In this document: positions 26,485-40,299 of the stretch, in pieces
Position numbering within the stretch: the first letter of the stretch is position 1
How the letters are laid out: the number at the start of each line of letters is the position of its first letter
Source of the DNA: Vicugna vicugna
Taxonomy: Eukaryota
DNA: 64,000 nt
Assembly (NCBI GenBank): GCA_013265495.1
Contig: MU058531.1
Location: 3,782,911 to 3,846,910 of the forward strand
Reading direction: 5' to 3'
Program-made: the position numbers and the translations under genes
The notes under the pieces: model-generated
The model's input: the letters and a program-made list of their open reading frames with translations, nothing else
Databases searched by the model: none
What the model was told of the DNA's origin: nothing

Positions 26485-28959
26485 AAACCTTAGTATTATC
26501 TAATACCCAATTCACATCCAGATTTCCCCAGTTCTCTCAAATCTTTTTACAGTTTGAGTTGGTATGCAGATTTCATTGTTACAGCTGTTTTCTTCTATAA
26601 CACCCTCTTCTCTTTTGTTTTTCCATGCTATTGATTTCCTGGAAAAAATGGGTTATTTGTTCTATAAAAAGACTTCCATTCTGGAACTGGCTGATTCTCT
26701 CCGCCACTCCTTTCTTGTATTATCCTTTGACTTGTTCCTCTATTTACTTATTTTCTGTAAAGTGTAAATAGCTGTGAAAATAGCTCTTTCGGCTTAATTA
26801 GATCCGGGTTCCATATTTTGGGAATATCAGCGCTTTGTTCTTACATTTTAAATCATACCAGGAGATGCATCATGTCTGGGTTTCTTATTTTCAGTTAAAG
26901 TTGATCAGCTGATTCAGGCTGATCTTAATTTATTAAGTTTCCTGTCTGTCTTTTATTTAACCTGATGGTTTTAGCGTTCATTGATTATGGTTTTAGCATT
27001 CATTGATTATGGTTTTGAACCATTACGTTTTTGAGCATTGCAAAGTGGTGATTTTTCTTCTGTCATTTCTTTATTAGCTTTAATCAGTCTATTATAATTC
27101 TCCCATCTCAACTCTTTGGTTACTCGGAGATACAGTCTATACAGATGAGGCAGGATAAATTGCTTCTTCTGTGTATTAGTTGTAAGAATAATGAGTTGAT
27201 GCTTATAGTGGTGAATTAATTTGAATACAAATAAAATAAATACTTAAAACTCATCATTTCCTAATTTTATAACATATTATGGGTATCTACGCTCTTGATT
27301 ATTTATGTGTCTTGTATCTATAGGGTGGAAATAAATAATGGTGTGCTTCTGTGCATTTTTTTCCAACTACATTCAGCAGTGTTATGTTGGTGACTTGGTA
27401 TTGGTGATGGTAGGAATCCTTAATACCATGGGAATAGGGAAAAAAACTGTAAACTAGGGCCCTTTTTGAGGGGCAGGGTGCCGATTGTTAGGTAACAGCA
27501 CACTATTGGGTAATGTCATGATGTCTTCAACTTAGTTAAATAGCTCTTTTAAAATTGTGTTCTCTGTCTTATCATTGAATTGAAAAAAATTCTTTATATG
27601 TTCTAGATACAAATCCTTTATCAATACGTGGTTTGCAAATATTTTCTCCCAGTCTGTGGCTTATCTTCGCACTTTCTTAATTAGTGTCTTTTAAAGAGCA
27701 AAAGAAAAGAGTTTGATGAAGTTCCATTTATCTTTTTGTTATTACTTATGATCTTGGTGTCATATCTAAGTAATCTTTGCTTAACAAGGTTGTGATGTTT
27801 AAGTGTTTTTATAGTCTTATATTTGAGTTAATTTTTGTGTAGGGTATGAGGTAAAGGTTTATTCATTTTTTTGCATGTTGTCCGAAATTTATTGAAAAGA
27901 TTGTTCTTTCCCTTATGAACTGCCTTGGCACCTTTGTTTAAAATCAGCTGATCATAAATATAAGGGTTTACTTTGTATTCTTGAGTTCTGTCCTGTTCCT
28001 GTTGGCCGTTTGTTACTCCTATGCCAGTACCACACTGCTTTGATTATTGTAGCTTTATGGTTGAGTTTTGAAATTGTGAGGAGTGACGACTCCAATTTTG
28101 TTCTTTTTCAAGTTGGCTTTAGCTGTTCTGGGTTTTAATTTTCATATAGTTCAGGAAAAAATAAAAGATGAAGATAAAGCATTATCTCCAAATTTTAAAT
28201 AAATTATCAAATAAAAATCAGCACTGTAGAAGTTACGGAAGGATGGTGTAACATCTGAAAATACTAATTCACATTAACTGAATAAAGGAGAACTAGATAC
28301 TGAAAATCCACTTGATAATCACCCTTATAATTCTTAAATTTGACATAGAGAATGTTCTTAACCTGACAGTACATTCATTTAGTAAATTACTACTAAAATC
28401 AAGAGCAGTTGAGGGTAATAGCTCTCACTCCGTTGAACAGTGTACAACACAATACAATGTACAAGGAGGGCCTAACTAATGCTGTAAGACAGCAAAAATA
28501 ATAATTAGTTTCATTATTACTGCTTTTGCAGGTAGTATAACTGTCTCCATTGAAAGTCAAAGGGAATCTAAAAGTTAGAATAGAATTCAAGAAATTTGCT
28601 ATAACTTAGTAGAATGTGTATTAGCAATAGTTGTAAGTATTTCCCAAATTAACTTACATTGATCTTCTAATTAAAATTCCATTATGACTTCTTAAAGAAA
28701 TCTGACAGGCTTTTTGAAAACTTGATATGGAATGGTAAAAGGCCAAGTGCCAAAACAACTTTGAAGAACCATAAAATATTCTGTATCAGGTATTAAGATG
28801 TCATTAAAAAGTCATACAAATTAAGACTGTTTAATTAGCATATGATAAATTGACTAATGGTATGGCAAATCTATAAAGTCACCCAAACTTCCATGGAAAA
28901 TCAATGACAGAAATGTCATTTCACACCAGAGGGGAAATTCCTATTATTCAGTATATATA

Positions 28960-29352
28960 TAGGCATACCTAGAAGATGCTGCAGGCTTAGTTCCAGACCA
29001 CTGCAATAAAGGCAGTCATAAATTTTTGGTTTTTCACTGCTTATAAAAGTTATACAGTATTCTGTAGTCTCTTTAAAATAGCATTGTCTAAAAAAGTGTA
29101 CACACTTTAACTTAAAAATACTTCACTACTAAAACATGCTAATTAACCATATTTGAGCCTTCAGCAAGTTGTAATCTTTTTTGCCAGTAGAGGTTTTGAA
29201 ATATTGTGAGAATTACCAAAATGTGACACAGACATGAAGGGAGCAAATGCTCTCGGAAAAACAGTATCAATAGACTTGCCCGTCGGGTTGCGACAAACTT
29301 CAATTTGTAAAAAATGTAATATCCACAAAGTATAATAAAACATGGTATGCTG
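28960..29352 (+). mobile_element. Internally deleted Tigger1 DNA transposon
   Basis: Termini aggcatacct...gttccagaccactgcaataaag and ataataaaacatggtatgc match recalled Tigger1 ends. Confidence 0.8.
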
Positions 29353-30206
29353 GACAGTTTGTATCAACATACCATAAGGAATAAATTCTAGATAAATTAA
29401 TCTAGGTAGTCAGAATCTAAATATTAAAAGCAGAAGTTTTAACTTAAAAAGTAGGAATATGTATGGCTTTAGGATAGGAAAAGAATTCTTAAACAAGCTA
29501 CAGAACTCAAAAACTAAATGAATAAATTGATAGATTTTATTAAAGACTTCTGTAAAAGCAAACAATACCATAAACAGATAAGAGACAAACCACAAATATC
29601 TGTAGCACACAGGAAATGTCTGTCATATATAAATAAATATCAACAAGAAAACTGGACAGCCTAAAAGCAGGTGATTACCAGAAGAGAAACAGCCAGTGAA
29701 CATAAAAAGATGCTTCAACTTCCCTGGAAATCAGAGAATGCAAATTAAAACCATCATGATTTCATTCCAATAGCTATCATATTGACAAAAATATAAAAGA
29801 CTGCATATCAGCTATGGAAGTGCATAAAGGTAAATTTTCATGGTGTCTTGCTTCCCTGCTTTTAAACTAACCATGGTTGGACTTAAAAAAGTCTCTTGAA
29901 TACATATTTCAAATTGGTGTTCTGTTTATTGCTCTGTATCTGTATATGTTGAGCAGCAGTGATTTTGATGAGCAAGCTGATGTTTGGGTTTGTTTATTTC
30001 CTGGAGGCCAGTTCTAGTTGCAATAAGAGGAGTGTACTTCTAGTTGTTAATGACTGAGGGAGAAAGCCCATATTTCTGCAGATCTTAAAATTTTGGACAG
30101 ATGACTCACTTGTCATAAAAATATTCTGGACATCTCTTTTAAGATTTCTTTTTAAGTTCCTTTTTAAAAAAAGAAAAAAATACTTGTTTATATATTTTTC
30201 TCTTAG

Positions 30207-30301
30207 ATCAAATGAATGCCTCGGGACCAGTTAAAGAGAAGATGGGGATTTTCAAGATACTAGAAAATTCTGAAGATGCCAGTCCTGAATGTTTGTTTTA
30301 A
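30207..30301 (+). CDS. HELLS: HELLS exon 22, coding part to stop
   Basis: (D)[30 protein letters not shown] then TAA at 30299-30301; matches HELLS C-terminus. Confidence 0.96.
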
Positions 30302-30732
30302 ATTGGAGGGGAAGAATGTCTTCAAAGTTCTTGTTTACATCTAGTGATTTACCTGCATTGGTGTTAAAAGCCAGATTTTTCACTCTACTTTTTTGATTAT
30401 ATCAGTTTACACAATAACTTGTACCATTGCATACTTTTCTGAAAGAACAAAGACATATTCATAGTAAGTTTAGATTTTTCAGTTGATTTTTCAGACTTCG
30501 TAGTACTCTTGGGTACAGGCTGATGTGTTCTTAACCACTGTCAGATTTATACAGTCTTCCTGTGGAAGTTTAATGTCTTTCCCCCACCCCTCTTTTAGCA
30601 GTTACAGTTCATGGGTTTTTGGTACTTCATTTATGGAGTAGGCTTTTGATGGGGGAAAGATTGGGATTATACTTTCTTTTGTTTAAATAAGAAATGGTTT
30701 GATTTAGGGTCTATTTCTATAAAAGTTTGCCA

Positions 30733-30738
30733 AATAAA
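30733..30738 (+). terminator. HELLS: Probable HELLS polyadenylation signal
   Basis: AATAAA about 430 nt after the stop codon, followed by U-rich sequence. Confidence 0.6.
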
Positions 30739-31479
30739 TGTTTATTATAAGATGATCTTCAAATTATTTTTTTCAGAAAATAATGGCTCAGGTGAAATAA
30801 TAGCAAAAGTCTTGACGGGCACTGCGATTCAACGTTATTATGGTGACTCAGCTTCATTCATTACTACTATACACATATGCCGTAAGATTTCAGCTACACA
30901 TTGGGTTAATGTAGAGAAGGCTCTGGGAGAAATTGTAGGTTCTTGACAAAAGACCAAAAATTGGAAGTGGCCGTGTATCATGAAAAATAAGAGAAGAGAC
31001 CCCAAGTATTTATAGCAGGAAGGGGTAAAAATAAGACTTAGGAATATAAGCAATCAACATCCATATTAGAGGAGCTTAAAGGCCAGAATGGGAACAGTTT
31101 AGACCCTGTGTGTACAAGATTAAGGAAGAGAAATACTGAATGATCCCTGAACCATACGTACATTTTTGTGTAAGTTGTTTATCTCATAGGAAAATGTTAT
31201 TCTTGCCACCATGTATGTTCAAATGTAGATCAGATTCTCTCTGCCTTAGTGTAATGGAACCTGGGAATCAGAATAAAAACTTTTTTGAGAAAATAATCAG
31301 CAAAAGGAAAGAACAGGCTACAGCATGGGTATTTTTTTTTAAGTGGAAGTGTTCATCAGGCACACAGTCATGCTGAAGAATCAGTGACCTTGGTTGCTTG
31401 GTAGTCATACTGTTTTCCTACTCTGTTCTCTCATATTTGGCTCAAATGATTATTTCATGGGTTTATCTCTGTCCTCACA

Positions 31480-32230
31480 TTTCTAATACTTCTCCCTCTC
31501 ACCTTGCTCCCTGTCTACACTGAAAGTAAAAACGATTAGAAAAGAACTAAGAGTTGCCACCACCAGCATCTATGCCCATCCATCCTCTTTCTCTGTTAGT
31601 ATGAATGTAGTCTGTCCCAGTTAGAGCCAACAAAAATGCCTTTTTTTTTTATAGTAAACTCCTTGAAAAGTTGTCTGTATTAACTATTGAATTGTTTCTC
31701 TTCAGTTTTTTTCCTGAACCCATTCCAATCATTTTTATCCCTGTCACTCCACTGGAAATGTTCTTACCAAGGTCTCCAGTGACCTCTGTAGCTTCACTTA
31801 CTTGGCCTTTCAGCAGCATTTCATACAGTTTAATTTCCACTAAACAATTTCTTTAGTTTGCTGGATTTTTCCACAAACAGGTTTGTCTGGTTTCCCTTCC
31901 TACTTCTCTTTCTCAGTCTCCTTTGCTATTTCTTAGTCTTTGACCCCTAAACATTATGTTCAAACTAGGGCTTCAGGCTCCCTTGATGTCTTACCTTGGT
32001 GCTTTAAATACCAAGTATATATTAAATTAAATACCAACTATGTGGTGATGACTCAGATTTATATTTCCAGCCAGAATCTCTCCTGGACTCTTCCAACTGC
32101 CTACTTGACATTTTTAATTGGTTGCCTGGTAACAAACTGTCCCAAATCTGAACTTAATGAACTTGTTCTCCAGCCTCTTGAGACTGATACCACTAATGCA
32201 TTTATTTTTCAGCTTCTAAAGTCTCATGTT
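31480..32230 (+). mobile_element. Decayed L2 LINE fragment
   Basis: L2-like motifs: cttaccaaggtctccagtgacctc; cagcagcattt; gatgactcagatttatatttccagcc. Confidence 0.6.
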
Positions 32231-33041
32231 GTCATCTCTTGTGCTCTCATGTGCTTTGTATGTGTGTGTTCTTTTGCTTGGGAGTTTAATGACTCATCCT
32301 TTTATTGTTCCTTTAGTTTCCAGATTTTAGTTTAAGGAACACAGGGGAACAGATATATTCATTCCATAATATTGAAACAAATGCTCCCTGCTTCATCTTT
32401 GTAAAAAGGTTTTCTCTAACCAGAACTTGTCTTCCATCACTTCAAATTGCTGTGGGAAATAACTTCATTAACTTTATTTGCTCAGTGGGTCATTCTGTAT
32501 TACTAGGCAATTCTTAATATGTTGAGAGGTATAGTGAAAGTGATACTTGAACATTTCCAGGCAAATAAGTTTAATGGAATCTTTCACTAATATCTTAGCA
32601 ATTGTATATGGTTCTTTAGTCTTAGAAGTTTGAAGTAATACTTTATGAAAAGCACTAATATTTATATTTAAAACATTAAATAAGTGCTTCTAGTTTAAAT
32701 TCTATATTTCAAAGGGTATATTTTGGTTTTGAGCTTTTTAAGTTAATGCTACTTCTTATAATTCTATTTGCTGTATTAGTACATCTTCACAAACAACACT
32801 ATGTTAATTAATACTTCACCATCAATTATGGTTATAAAAGTCGAGCCCAAGGAATCATATTTATGAGTAAAATTAAAGATACCTTTGGTCTATTTCTTTG
32901 GAATCATCACTTGGTGTACTATTGCTGCATTCAGAGAAGAGGTAACATCAATCTAATGAAGCTTGACATATATTTTATATCACTAATTTAGGTAAAGATT
33001 TTAACTCTAAACAGGTTTACTTAAAAATCGAAGTGACTTTT

Positions 33042-33172
33042 TTTAATTTTTATTTTTTGTGGAGGGAGGTGATTAGGTTTACTCACTTTTTTAGAGGGGG
33101 TACTGGGGATTGAACCCAGGACCCCATGCATGCCAAGCACACACTCCACCACTTGAACTATACCCTCCCCCC
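33042..33172 (-). mobile_element. tRNA-derived SINE (Vic-1-like)
   Basis: gtactggggattgaacccagg core; TSD gaa(g/a)tgactttt at 33030-33041 and 33174-33185. Confidence 0.88.
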
Positions 33173-33209
33173 TGAAATGACTTTTAAAGTGAATTATAAA
33201 TTTAAAAAA

Positions 33210-33322
33210 TTGGGGCGGGGTAATTAGGCTTATTTATTTATTTGATGGCAGTACTGGGGATTGAACCTAGGACTGTCATGCACGCTAGGCATGCAATTCC
33301 TACTGAGCTATACCCTCCCTCC
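33210..33322 (-). mobile_element. Second, adjacent Vic-1-like SINE
   Basis: Same core (gtactggggattgaacctagg...actgagctataccctccc) about 40 bp from the previous copy. Confidence 0.85.
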
Positions 33323-33515
33323 AGTAACATTAATTTAAAATCTATCTTACTTGAAGTGTTTCTTTAAAGAGAAACAGACACAAATCACACCCAGACTTTC
33401 TAGTGACAATTTCTCCTAAAGAGGTAGAATAACCACATTGGATATAAATGTATATGGTGGTTGAATTATGAAACTCATCTAGTAATTAGGTAGATCTCTG
33501 AAACTCTCCCCAACT

Positions 33516-34885
33516 CCAGACAATACTACAGAGCTATAGTAATCAAAACAGCATGAAAACAGACAGGATCAATGGAACAGAACAGAGAGTCCAGAATAAA
33601 CCCACAGACCTATGGTCAATAAATCTTTGACCAAGAAGGCAAGAATATACAATGGAGAAAAGACAGTCTCTTCAGTGAGTGGTGCTGGGAAAATCAGACA
33701 GCAGCATGTAAATCAATGAAGTTAAAACACTCCCTCACCATACACAAAAATTAAAATGGCTTAAAGACCTAAATACAAGACATGGTAAATCTGGAGGAAA
33801 ACATAGGCAAAATATTCTCTGACATAAATCTTAGCAATGTTCTCCTAGGGCAGTCTATCAGGCAATAGAAATAAAAGCAAAAATTAACAGATGGGACCTA
33901 ATTAAACATATAAGCAAGGGAAACCATAAGCAAAACAAAATGACAACCTATGGAATGGGGGAATATATTTGCAAATGATGTGACTGACAAAGGTTTAATT
34001 TCCAGAATATATAAACAACTCATACAACTTGATAATAATAAAAACCTCAACCCCAAAATGGGCAGACCTAAACAAGCAATTCTCCAATGAAGAGATACAA
34101 ACACCAGAAAGACTACCATCAAAAAGTACAAATAAACGCTGGCGAGGGTGTGGAGAAAAGGACACCCTCCTAAAATATTGGTGGGAACAGAGTTTGGTGC
34201 AATCATAGAAAACAGTATGGAGATTACTCAGAAAACTAAAAATGGACTTATATGATCCAGCAATCCCACTCCTAGGTATATATCCAGAGGGAACTTTAAT
34301 TCAAAAAGATACATGCACCCCAGTGTTCATAGCAGGACTATATACAGTAGCCAAGACATTGAAGCAACTTAAGTGTCCATAAACAGATGAGTGGATACAA
34401 AAGTTGTGGTATATTTATACAATGGAATATTAATCAGCCATTAAAAAAATAATCCCATTTGCAGCAACATGAATGGACCTAGAGATGGTCATTGTAAGTG
34501 AAGTTAAGCCAGAAAGAGAAAGAAAAATATATGATACCATTTATATGTAGAATCTAAGAAAAGGAAAAGAAGGACACTAATGAATTCATCTACAAAACAG
34601 AAACAGACTTGGAGACATAGTAAACAATCTTATGGTTACTGGGGGAAAGGGGGTGGGAAGGGATAAATTTGGGAGTTTGAGATTACAAATGTTAGCCACT
34701 ATAAAAATAGATAAAAAATTTCTATATAGCACAAGGAACTATATTCAATATCTTGTAGTAACCTATAATGAAAAAATATGAAAACGAATATATATATGTA
34801 TATGCATGGCTGGGACATTGTGCTGTACACCAGAAATTGATACAATGTAACTGACCATACTTCAGTTTACGAAAAAAAAACAAAC
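33516..34885 (+). mobile_element. 5'-truncated L1
   Basis: ORF2 motifs tactacagagctatagtaatcaaaacagcatg, gatcaatggaacagaa, through 3'UTR to A tail. Confidence 0.9.
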
Positions 34886-37879
34886 CAGCAACCAAAAACT
34901 TTAATGGTGAAATATGTGTATATATATATATATATATGCCATCTTTTGCCAGATTTTTACTGTTATCAATTACCTTCTGCTTTTTTTTTTCTTTTCCTAC
35001 TTCGTTCTCTGTGAATCTGTCCTTAGCTCTTTTTTGCTTTAAAAGAAATTGCCTTGGAGCTTGCATAACCTGTTAACTATTTAGGCCTCCAGCTAGGTGA
35101 CTGCACCCACTGTCTCCCCCAGCCCTGTGACTCTGCTTGTGATTACTGTGCCTGCAAGGATCTGACTTGGGCTGGGCTGGGCTTAGACTAAGGGCCACTG
35201 AATGGCTCCACTGGTCCCCTTGGCTGTTAATGTGTTCCTCAGCCCTTAATTTCTCACTTGACAATCAATGAAGGGAAAAAAATTTGTCAGTGACTCCAGT
35301 CTTTCTCTCCAGAGACTATAAAAATTCTGCTGCAAGCTTAGAATTATAATGTTTCAATTGAAAAGGGACTTTAGAGGTTAGCTAATTCAAAGATGTCCTG
35401 TTATTGATAATAGTAGCTTAGTGAATACAAACTTTTTTGATTGATTATGACCGTATCATTCCTTAGACAAAGTCTTCTTTGTCACAAGTAAATGGCATAA
35501 AATCACAGGAGAAGCTCCCAAATGTGCAAGCTGGAGGACAATCTCAAAACTGAGTACTGAAATTTGTACTAAAAATGGTTATATGTGGCAGTATACTAAA
35601 AGACCACAACGTGGCGTGATTTCCCTGATTAAAACGGACCTTTGGAGTTGTAAATACTAGGCAGTCGTTCTACTTTACCCAGCAAGATTTCAATTTTATT
35701 TTGCCTGTTGAAAAACAAAACAACACCACCAACTCACTAACTCCTGTATCTGTTACAGCAAGGGAAATGTATAAGTTATTTCACTACATTTTAAAGCAGA
35801 ATCGACTTTTTCTCTATAAAAGTTAACAGTTTCAGAAAATTTAGTAAACAGAGAAATCATGTTCCTTGCCTTTTTTATGTACACAGTTAAACACATATTT
35901 ATACTCTCAGGATCATATTGTATATAACAGTGAATTTTTCTTCTCTGTAAGAACATAAGATATACACATTTATATCTAAAAGTATTTTCTAAGAATTTAT
36001 TGGGTATATACTAAATTATTTTACTCTATACATGGATCATAATTATTTTTAAATAATTGTCTGTTGTTGGCTAACTGTTGGATATATAGGGATGTCTCCT
36101 ATGTAGGGCTTTGTAAGCCTCTGATTTGCTTCTTGGGGTACATTTCTGTAAGCCTGCAGTGTGAACATTTTCTAGGCTTTTGATAAATATTGTCTAAGAA
36201 TGATTTGCCCATTTAAATATTTACCCATTTACCTAGCACTGTGTATGTGTATTAACTTATTCAATTAATTTTCTTAAATGGGAAGTTGTAAATATTTTTA
36301 AGTTTTTTGATGCATATTGTGTAGGAATGATTTGTATAGCTGTCTGTCTATCTATCTAATCTTATAGCTGTATGTGACCTCCCCAAAATTAAAACAGAGC
36401 TTACCCACTTTACAAGCAGTGTGTATTCATTTATTCACTCTTTTTTTTTTCATTTATTATCAATTCATTTGTGTGTGTGTATGTGTGTGCATCTTCCTGC
36501 TATGTGAATGTATTTCTCACTGGGAGTGATAGTTTAAAAAAAAAGTGTTTAAAACTGTTTTTTTAAAGGGTAAAAGTACCAAAATTCCTAGCAGAGCTCA
36601 GTTACACAATTTCCTCTCTTCAAGGACCCTAGAGAACAGGATGTTTCCCCATTCGATTTTTTTGATAAGGAAACTAAGGCCAGAGAGAAAAGCAATTTTC
36701 CCAAAGATGACAAGGCTGGAGTAATACTCAGAACCTAGATGTCTTGACTTCCTATACTTCATTCTTTCCATTCTACCTAAACAAGTGAGCAAGGTACCCA
36801 CCAAGAGTGTCTCTGATTAAGTTAAAGATCAAGGCAGGAACTAGGGGAGTAAAGGAAATGAATGAAGGCAATTGGGAATATTGGGCCCATGCAAAGTGGT
36901 GACAGCATACCTTTTCTAAAATTATTGACATTAAAATTTTTAAAAATAAGATTCTGTGGCTAGTAAGGAGTTTATAATGTTGGCCTAAGATATTTTCATG
37001 GAATAACCAAGTAGTCCCCCACAAGGGCTAAAATTCTTGACGTTTATTGAAATACTTTTAGCAGAAAAGCCTTTCTTTCTATGAGTAACTTTATGATTTT
37101 CTCATCAGATTACTTAGGTTTCTCTTAATGAAGCTAAGAGCATTAACACAGGCTCGAGAAGCCTGAACTTGAGGTGTTGGGATAGGAATATCCCGATGTC
37201 CCAGTTGATGCCAAGAGAGAACACCTGTGAGTGTGACGGGGCACTCCAGTGGGGACGCTTGTGTAATATTGAGTGTGACAGAAATCACAGAAAACAGTTC
37301 ATAAGGTTACCTAGGAGCAGTCTGTCTTGTACACTTTGTCTAAGTAATGATAATTTAACTTACTTTTGGGCATGCTTATTAACCACTCTGCTCTACAGAG
37401 TTCACTTTATGTGTTCTGTCACTGTACCCATCACCCATTACTTAGCTTTATGAAATGTCTTGATTTCTGGGAGAGTAAAACTTCCTTTCTCCTCTTTCTC
37501 CTTCTATTCCTCTCCCTTCTCCAACCTTCTTCCTCCTTCTCCTTTTTCTCCTGTTGCTCCTACTACTGGGCTTTACATTTTTCACAAAAATTTTCTTTTC
37601 TTTATGAAAAGAAAAAAGCTTGACTGGGATTGCCCTATTTGAATCTATTTGATCAGTTAGAAGAGAATTAATAAGCTATACAATATCAGCTCTTCCAATC
37701 AACGGATTTGGTACAGCCCTCTACTTACCTAAATTTTCTTTCATTCTGCTCAATAAAGTGTTATAGTTTTCTCCAGAGAATTTTTTCATGTAATACGTTA
37801 GACTTAATAGGTACATGATTTTTTTTGTTATTATAAATGACAATTAAAAAATTTAATTTCCACTTGGTGCTGGTGTAAA

Positions 37880-39790
37880 AAGACAATGTAGAGAATGGCA
37901 TCAAGAAGAATAAAATACCTAGGAATAAATTTAACCAAGGAGGTAAAGACTGTACTATAAGACATTGATGAAATAAACTGAAGAAGACACAAATGGAAGG
38001 CTATTCTGTGCTCAGGGATTGGAAGAGTTAATACTTTTAAAATGTTCATACTACCCAAAGCAATCGACAGAGTAGGTGCAATCTCCATCATAATTCCAAT
38101 GGCATTTTCCAAAGAAAAGAACGAACAATCCTAAAATTTATATGCGACCGTAAAAGACCCCTAGCAGTCAAAGCAATCTTGAGAAAGAAGAACAAAGCTA
38201 AAGGCATCACACTCCCTGATTTCAAACTATATTACAAAGCTACAGTAATCAAAACAGATACATAGATCAATGGAACAGAACAGAGAGCCCAGAAATAAAC
38301 CCATGCTTATGTGCTCAATTAGTTTATGACACAGGAGCCAAGACTAGACTAGATAATGGAGAAAGGGCAGTCTCTTCAATAAAATTGGGAAAACTGGACA
38401 GCCACATGCAAAAGAATGAAACTGGACCACTATCTTACACCATACACAAAAATTAACTCAGGTTGGATTAAAGACTTGAATTTAAGACTTGAAACCATGA
38501 AATTCCAAGAAGAAAATATAGGTGTTAAGTTCCTTGACATCGGTCTTGGCAATGAATTTTTGGATGTGACTCCAAAGGCAAAGGCAACAAAGCAAAAATA
38601 AACGAGTGGGACTATATCAAACTAAAAAGCTCTTCTGCACAGCAAAGGAAATCACCAGCAAAACGAAAAGACAACCTATTGAATGGGAGAAAATGTTTGC
38701 AAATCATATACCTGATAAAGGGTTGATATTCAAAATATATAAAGAACTCATACACCTCAACAGCAAAAAAAAGAAAAAACAAAAAACCCAAAATAATGCA
38801 ACTAAAAAATGGGCAGAGGTTCTGAACAGACATTTTGCCAAAGACATACTGATGGTCAACAGACACGTGAAAAGATGTTCTACATCACTAATCATCAGGG
38901 GAATGCAAATTAAAACCAAAATAAGCCATTACTTGACACTTGTTAGAACAGCTATATGAAAATGTCAACAGATAATAAGTGTTGATGAGGATGTGGAAAA
39001 AAGGGAACCCTCATGCATTGTTGGTGGAAATGGAAATTGATGCAGATATTATGGAAAACAGTACAGAGTTTCCTCAAAAAATTAAAAATGGAACTTCCAT
39101 ATGATCCAGGAATTACACTTCCAAGTATTTATCTGAAGAAAATAAAAACACTAACTTGAAAAGGTATATGCACCCCTATGTTAACTGCAGCATTATTTAC
39201 AATTGCCAAGATAGGGAAACAACCTAAGTGTCCATCAACAGATGAATAAAGAAAATATAGTATATATATATGGAATGGATCTATTCGGCCATAAAAAAGA
39301 ATGAAATCTTGCCATTTGCAGCAACATGTATGGAACTTGAGAGCATTATATTAAGTGAAATAAGTCAGACAGAGAAAGACAAATACCGTATCATCTCATT
39401 TGTATGTAGAATTTAGAAACAAACAAAAACCAACCAAGCTCCTACATACAGAGAACAAATAAGTGGTTACCAGAGGTAGGGGTTTGGGGGTGGGCAAAAT
39501 GTACGAAGGGGGTCAAAAGGGACAAACTTCTAGTTATAAATGTCATGAAGATGTACTGTTCAGCATGGTGACTATACATAATAGTACTGTATTGCATGTC
39601 TGAAAGCTGCCAAGAGAGTAAGTCTTAAAAAGTTTCATCATAAGAAAAAGAATTCTCTAACTATATATGGGGACAGATGTTAACCAGACTTACTGTAGTG
39701 ATCATTTTGCAATATATACAAATATCGAACCGTTATGTTGTATACCTGAAACTAATATGATATATGTCAATTTCACCTAAAAATATATAA
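37880..39790 (+). mobile_element. 5'-truncated L1 (ORF2 3' part and 3'UTR)
   Basis: ORFs 38416-38601 ([21 protein letters not shown]) and 38606-38959 (FCTAKE...WEKMFANH) are L1 ORF2. Confidence 0.92.
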
Positions 39791-39879
39791 ACATAATTTC
39801 TTTTTTATGGAAGTTCTCTTGAGCCTGATCCAGTCAATCAATGTCCACAATTGTCCTAAAACAACTTTTCTGATTTCTG

Positions 39880-40290
39880 TTACTATCGATTAAATTTTCT
39901 CCATCTAAATGGAATAATATAGTACGTCAGCTTGGTGGCAGCAGTGTCCACAGTAATTTCTGACTTAGAAGAATGACCACAGACCTCTTTAGGGATGCAG
40001 GGCTCCCTTATAAATGCATTTCTCATAGTCGTGTTGAAAGGTCGTCCTCTGGACCCTCCTGGGGTGTGTGAGCAAGTCTGACGTGACAAATCCACTTGAA
40101 CTTTCCAGTCTTCCTAAGCCTATGGATACTTTTATCTGCAGCATGCCAAGGCAGTTCTGGCATTTAACCCCATTTAGTGTAGGCCATTTTGGGTCCACGT
40201 TCTAGCCAACCAACCATCCAAACTCTCTGGGCCTTTTTAACTCTTCAAGCTACATACAACACTGAACCCAGAATCTCTGCTTAGTGAACC
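39880..40290 (-). mobile_element. ERVL gag-like internal fragment
   Basis: Minus-strand pieces KWPTL and PFNTTMRNAFIREP resemble ERVL gag (RWPTV, PFTNxLRNRFVRGAP). Confidence 0.6.
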
Positions 40291-40299
40291 CAGTCTGGC

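Noticed and set aside
26965..27016. 22-bp tandem duplication in HELLS intron 21
   Set aside because: Ordinary slippage duplication with no sign of function
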